This document shows, piece after piece, positions 58,855 through 64,000 of a DNA stretch of 64,000 nucleotides. The DNA is from Planctomycetota bacterium. GTDB lineage: Bacteria; Planctomycetota; JAJSAM01; JAJVHW01. The translations under genes and the position numbers were made by a program. Numbering within the stretch: position 1 is the stretch's first letter; each line of letters starts with the position of its first letter. Location of the stretch: NCBI GenBank assembly GCA_965248445.1, contig CBDFJG010000004.1, positions 1,920,001 through 1,984,000 of the forward strand. Direction: 5' to 3'. The notes below the pieces were generated by a model, which did not search any database, was not told where the DNA came from, and saw only the letters and a program-made list of their open reading frames with translations.

Positions 58855-59627
58855 CCGCGCAACGGCTCAAGCGCCCGGGACATCCGCCGCTCGATGTTGC
58901 TGACGCTGCCGACCGAGATCTTCACGTCGAAGGCCTCGGAGAGCAGACGTGCCGCCTCCGCCCGGCTCAGTCGGTAGGCGGCCACGAGGGTGACGACCAG
59001 AGCCTGCAGTCGAGGCCCGAAGGCGCTGGGGGACACGCCTTCGGGCAGATCCGCGAAGACCGCGTCGCCGCAGTGCCCGCAGAGCCGCCCGCGTAGGCGG
59101 TGCTCGGTGATCGTCGCCAAGAGCGGCGGGATCTCGGTGACCTGGTGGCGGCGAGGGGCGATCCCACCGTCCACGAGCTCTACGTGTCCGCACGTGCGGC
59201 ACGCGCTCGGCTCGTGGTCGACGATCTCATCGACGTCGCCTGGATCGACGAGGTTGCGCGTCTTGCCCGGATGGCCGGGCTGAGCGCCCTGCTTCTTGTC
59301 AGACGGCGGACGGCGACGGCCGCGGCGCTTGGACCACGGGCCGTCACTCGACGGAGGGCGTGAGGACGTGCTGGAGTCGCGCCTGAGGCGCGACTCCAGC
59401 TGCGCGATGCGCCCGATGCGCCGCAAGTGCTGGCGCTCTCGACCCTCGAGCTCGGCGATGCGACGCAGCAGGCGACCGACGAGCTCGCGCAGCTCCGCGA
59501 TCACAGCGCGGAGGTCGTCGGCAAGCCCGTTGGAGTCCACACCTCATAGATCGACCGACGATGCGCTCTTCGGGATCCAGTCCAAATCAGCCTCCGATCG
59601 GGGCTTCCGACCGACGTGAAGGGTTAC
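58855..59627 (-). mobile_element. 5' half of IS66 variant E (transposase starts at 59540, truncated)
   Basis: End GTAACCCTTCAC; TSSRPPSSD, GAQPGH, CxxC; stops before the DET motif. Confidence 0.88.
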
Positions 59628-59805
59628 CCTGCTGCGAGCTCAAGTGTGGCGAGTTCAGATGCGACCTCGCTACGATCGCCGCGGGAGGGAAGAGACCATG
59701 GCTCGGTCCAATCGAAGCGTGAGTGTGATCACACTGCGGGGTTGGCATCCTCCTTGTGCCCGCGCGCGGTCCAGACGCCGCAGCGCCGTTGCGGTCGCGG
59801 GCGCG

Positions 59806-60905
59806 ATGCGAATCCTGGTGGGCATCGCCCTCCTCCTCCTCCTCGTCGGCTGCTCGTCTGCGCTCAGACGCGGCGATCGCGCGTGGGAGGCGCAGCGGTG
59901 GGACAAGGCAGCGAAGTACTACCAAGAGGCACTCGAGGACGGCAAGACCGAGGGCCGTGGGGACGAGATCCGGCAGCGCGCGGAGACATCGCGAGATCGC
60001 GCAGCGGATGAGTACTTCGAGCGGGCGCGAATCGAGCGCGCGTCCGGAGACCTCGGGGCGGCGATGGCGAGTGCGCAGGAAGCCCTCACGTACCGCGCAC
60101 GCGATGACATCGCTGCCGAGTTGCGATCGATGCGGCAGGAGCGCGGAGGGGAGTTGGCGCGGGAGGGTCGGGCGGCAGCCGCGGCCGGCGACTTCAGTCG
60201 CGCAGAGACCGCGTTGAGCGAGGCCAAGAGCATGGACTCGACACTCAATGTCGATCAGGATCTCGCGCACGCGCGGAAGGAAGCCGAGGTGGCGCGAGCG
60301 GTCGCGTTCGCCGAGAGCACGACAGCGGGGAAGGCCGCATTCGAACAGCGCGAGTGGACCGAGGCACTTGCACGCTTCAACGACGCGCTCCAGAACGGTG
60401 ACGATGAGCATGTGCGTCGACTGCGGGACTTCTGCTCGGCGATTCTGACGGCGGAGTCAAGCGCCGCCGCGGGGCAGTGGGACGCCGCCGCGAGGGCGTT
60501 CGGCACTGCGAAGCAGCTACAAGTTGCGCCGGACGTCATCGCCGAGCGCGAGCCGTTCCTCGTCGAGCGTAACTACACGATCACGCTACACAGCGCGGTC
60601 ATTCTGCCGTTCAAGCCGCAGGACCATCGGAAGTGGGACGGTCTTGCCGTTGGGACGGTGAGGCAGGCCGGGTCGGTGCTCAAGGGGCTCGGCGCGCTCT
60701 CCGCCTCACCGCCAGTTGCCTACATCGAACTTGCAACGCTTGTCGCAGGCGTTGGGAACACGGGGATCGGCCCGCCGGACTGCTATCCAATCTTCGATGT
60801 AGACAATAGGGAGACCCCCTACCGCAATGATGTCATCGAGAACTCGCTGGAGCCGTCGTGGAACCTCTGGGTGAACGTGCGAGCGACTGCGAGCGACAAG
60901 CGGGC
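59806..60905 (+). pseudogene. TPR-like lipoprotein with a possible C2-like C-terminal domain, cut by an IS
   Basis: Lipobox LVGC; helical repeats; PD.Y...NSLEPSWN; ORF runs into the IS end. Confidence 0.7.
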
Positions 60906-60909
60906 CCTC

Positions 60910-62546
60910 TGTGCCAACGTGGCTGAGACACCGACCCCACGGATGATTACTGTGCAGGGCGGTGGAGGAACCAGCGATGACGAACAACCACAACACAGCG
61001 CCGGGGGAGATCCCGGAGCCGAGGGAGGGCGAGCATAGCGAGCGCGATCGAGGCGGAGGGGGCTCCCCCGGGGCGCGCGGCCCGGGGGACGTTGGGGTGC
61101 GCGACCCCGAGGTCGTGCCGCGCGCCTCGCGGCGGCGCTTTGGCGCCGCGTACAAGCTACGGATCATCGAGGCGGCGGACGCGTGCACGAAGCCCGGCGA
61201 GATCGGCGCTCTCTTGCGCCGTGAGGGGCTGTACTCCTCGCACTTGTTGACGTGGCGGCGCGCGCGGGACCAGGGCCAGCTCGAGGCGCTCTCGCCCAAG
61301 CGGCGTGGTCCCAAGCCCGATCCGGACCGTGCGCTCAAGAAGCGCAACGAGCAGCTCGAGCGCGAAGTCGCCCGTCTCGAGAAGCGGCTCGAGACGGCCG
61401 AGGTGATCATCGACGTGCAGCGAAAAGTCTCACGGCTGCTGGGCATCGAGATGCCCGAGACGAGCGGGAGCGACACGTGATTGCGGCGGAGGAGCTGGGG
61501 GGACGCGTGGGCGTCGCCCCCGCGTGCCGCGCGCTCGGAGTCACGCGCGCCACGCTCTATCGGCGCCGAACGGCACGCACGTGCCCCCGGCCCCAGCAGC
61601 CGCGCCGGCGCTCGCCGCGCGCCCTCACGATCGACGAGCGTCTTACCGTACTCGCGGTGCTGAGCGAGGAGCGCTTCTGCGATCTGTCACCGCTTGCGGC
61701 GTGGGCGATCCTGCTCGACGAGGGACGCTACCTGTGCTCGGTGCGCACGATGTACCGCATCCTCGGTGCGGCTGGTGCTGTGCGTGAGCGCCGCAACCAG
61801 CTGCGTCATCCCGCGTACAAGAAGCCCGAGCTCCTCGCGACCTCCCCGAACCAGGTCTGGAGCTGGGACATCACCAAGCTCCGCGGCCCGGTGAAGTGGA
61901 GCTACTTCTATCTCTACGTCGTGCTCGACATCTACTCCCGCAACGTCGTGGGCTGGATGCTGGCGGACTGCGAGAGCGGTGCGCTGGCGACGGCACTCAT
62001 CGAGCAGTCCTGCGAGAAGCAGGGGATCGCGGCGGAGCAGCTCACGATCCACTCCGATCGGGGGCCGCCGATGATCAGCAAGCCGGTGGCCTTTCTGCTC
62101 GCCGATCTCGGCGTGACGAAGTCGCACAGCCGGCCGTACACGTCGAATGACAATCCGTTTTCCGAGAGCCAATTCCGCACGCTGAAGTACCGGCCGGACT
62201 TCCCAGCGCGCTTCGGCTGCATCGAGGACGCGCGGGCGCACTGCCGCGCCTTTTTCCACTGGTACAACCGCGAGCATCGTCACTCGAGTCTCGGGCTGCT
62301 GACGCCCGAGACCGTGCACTACGGCCGCGCCGAAGCGGCCGTCGCCGCGCGCTCGGTCGTGCTCGATGCCGCGTACGCGGCGCATCCCGAGCGCTTCGTG
62401 CGCCGTGCGCCGACGCCGCCGGCTCTGCCGACCGAGACGTGGATCAACCCGCCGGCCCGGGAACTCGCGGCGCTGGAGACTGCGACACAGGAGGCTGCTC
62501 ACTAAACTCGAAGACGCGGTGTCTCAAAGTCGTTGACACGTCCCGC
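60910..62546 (+). mobile_element. IS3-family element copy 1 (orfA 60977-61480, orfB 61477-62505); exact ends uncertain
   Basis: IR cores GTGCCAACG..TGAGACACCG / GTGTCAACG..TGAGACACCG; WSWDITKL, HSDRG, NDNPFSES. Confidence 0.9.
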
Positions 62547-62784
62547 TCCCCGCGAAGTACTGCGACGTAATCGTGTCAACCCAGAAGCCCGGGTCGCGGA
62601 TCGCAACGCCCCTCGTGTCGTTGCGCAGGTCCTTGTCGAGTTCGTAGAAAACCCTCTCCCGGTCCGCCGATGCGCTTGCGTCGATGTCGCCGCCGATCAG
62701 CGCGCCAACATGGCCCTCGATCGCCTTCTTGACAGCGGCGCCCGAAGGACGCTCGGGGCGGGCAGTCGGCTCGGGCGGCGGCTG

Positions 62785-64000
62785 GCGGGACGTGTCAACG
62801 ACTTTGAGACACCGCGTCTTCGAGTTTAGTGAGCAGCCTCCTGTGTCGCAGTCTCCAGCGCCGCGAGTTCCCGGGCCGGCGGGTTGATCCACGTCTCGGT
62901 CGGCAGAGCCGGCGGCGTCGGCGCACGGCGCACGAAGCGCTCGGGATGCGCCGCGTACGCGGCATCGAGCACGACCGAGCGCGCGGCGACGGCCGCTTCG
63001 GCGCGGCCGTAGTGCACGGTCTCGGGCGTCAGCAGCCCGAGACTCGAGTGACGATGCTCGCGGTTGTACCAGTGGAAAAAGGCGCGGCAGTGCGCCCGCG
63101 CGTCCTCGATGCAGCCGAAGCGCGCTGGGAAGTCCGGCCGGTACTTCAGCGTGCGGAATTGGCTCTCGGAAAACGGATTGTCATTCGACGTGTACGGCCG
63201 GCTGTGCGACTTCGTCACGCCGAGATCGGCGAGCAGAAAGGCCACCGGCTTGCTGATCATCGGCGGCCCCCGATCGGAGTGGATCGTGAGCTGCTCCGCC
63301 GCGATCCCCTGCTTCTCGCAGGACTGCTCGATGAGTGCCGTCGCCAGCGCACCGCTCTCGCAGTCCGCCAGCATCCAGCCCACGACGTTGCGGGAGTAGA
63401 TGTCGAGCACGACGTAGAGATAGAAGTAGCTCCACTTCACCGGGCCGCGGAGCTTGGTGATGTCCCAGCTCCAGACCTGGTTCGGGGAGGTCGCGAGGAG
63501 CTCGGGCTTCTTGTACGCGGGATGACGCAGCTGGTTGCGGCGCTCACGCACAGCACCAGCCGCACCGAGGATGCGGTACATCGTGCGCACCGAGCACAGG
63601 TAGCGTCCCTCGTCGAGCAGGATCGCCCACGCCGCAAGCGGTGACAGATCGCAGAAGCGCTCCTCGCTCAGCACCGCGAGTACGGTAAGACGCTCGTCGA
63701 TCGTGAGGGCGCGCGGCGAGCGCCGGCGCGGCTGCTGGGGCCGGGGGCACGTGCGTGCCGTTCGGCGCCGATAGAGCGTGGCGCGCGTGACTCCGAGCGC
63801 GCGGCACGCGGGGGCGACGCCCACGCGTCCCCCCAGCTCCTCCGCCGCAATCACGTGTCGCTCCCGCTCGTCTCGGGCATCTCGATGCCCAGCAGCCGTG
63901 AGACTTTTCGCTGCACGTCGATGATCACCTCGGCCGTCTCGAGCCGCTTCTCGAGACGGGCGACTTCGCGCTCGAGCTGCTCGTTGCGCTTCTTGAGCGC
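62785..64000 (-). mobile_element. IS3-family element copy 2, inverted, running off the window (orfB 62826-63854)
   Basis: orfB protein identical to copy 1; same right end. Confidence 0.92.

Noticed and set aside
56736..59540. 934-aa ORF suggesting a transposase-peptidase fusion
   Set aside because: Chance in-frame read-through of an IS66 fragment, the att/tRNA region and a truncated DUF1570-like gene, extended by the 7-bp duplication.
62572..62580. CGTGTCAAC resembling the IS3 end inside the spacer
   Set aside because: A 9-bp match within apparent coding sequence; chance cannot be excluded.
2977..63675. Many long antisense or alternate-frame ORFs (e.g. 2977-4608, 11005-12561, 24152-26065, 52671-53675)
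   Set aside because: Shadow ORFs typical of high-GC DNA; Arg/Ala/Pro-rich with no motifs, overlapping better-supported genes.

Overview
High-GC (roughly 65-70% by eye) bacterial DNA, probably Planctomycetota (inferred from the ECF sigma type and the DUF1570-like, WD40, HEAT and RHS secreted proteins). It is a heavily IS-shuffled mosaic. 1-14 kb: lgt, a PilZ gene, an IS1380 and a surface-glycan cluster interrupted by an IS3; its last FAD-oxidoreductase gene is broken and partly inverted. 14-59.6 kb: five variants of a 1.5-kb single-ORF IS66 (seven copies or fragments, several nested in one another), IS110 and IS5 remnants, two secreted-protein/MauE-DoxX clusters, an ECF sigma, a comM 3' remnant, a prophage-like segment (tyrosine integrase, excisionase, C5 methylase, frameshifted serine recombinase, Cas2/SinR-like protein), a Sec-signal RHS protein with an HExxH tip flanked by HEAT-like genes, and an (E/D)HP-repeat lipoprotein/transglutaminase operon. 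58.6-64 kb: a tRNA-Pro 3' half with arm-like repeats on both sides (attP-like) and two inverted IS3-family copies. The most striking pattern is five perfect 7-9 bp tandem duplications with no IS between them, plus an inverted 8-bp target copy at an IS-free junction. Together these look like excision footprints of the IS66 elements, although an assembly artefact is not excluded. All product calls are motif-based; no database search was run.
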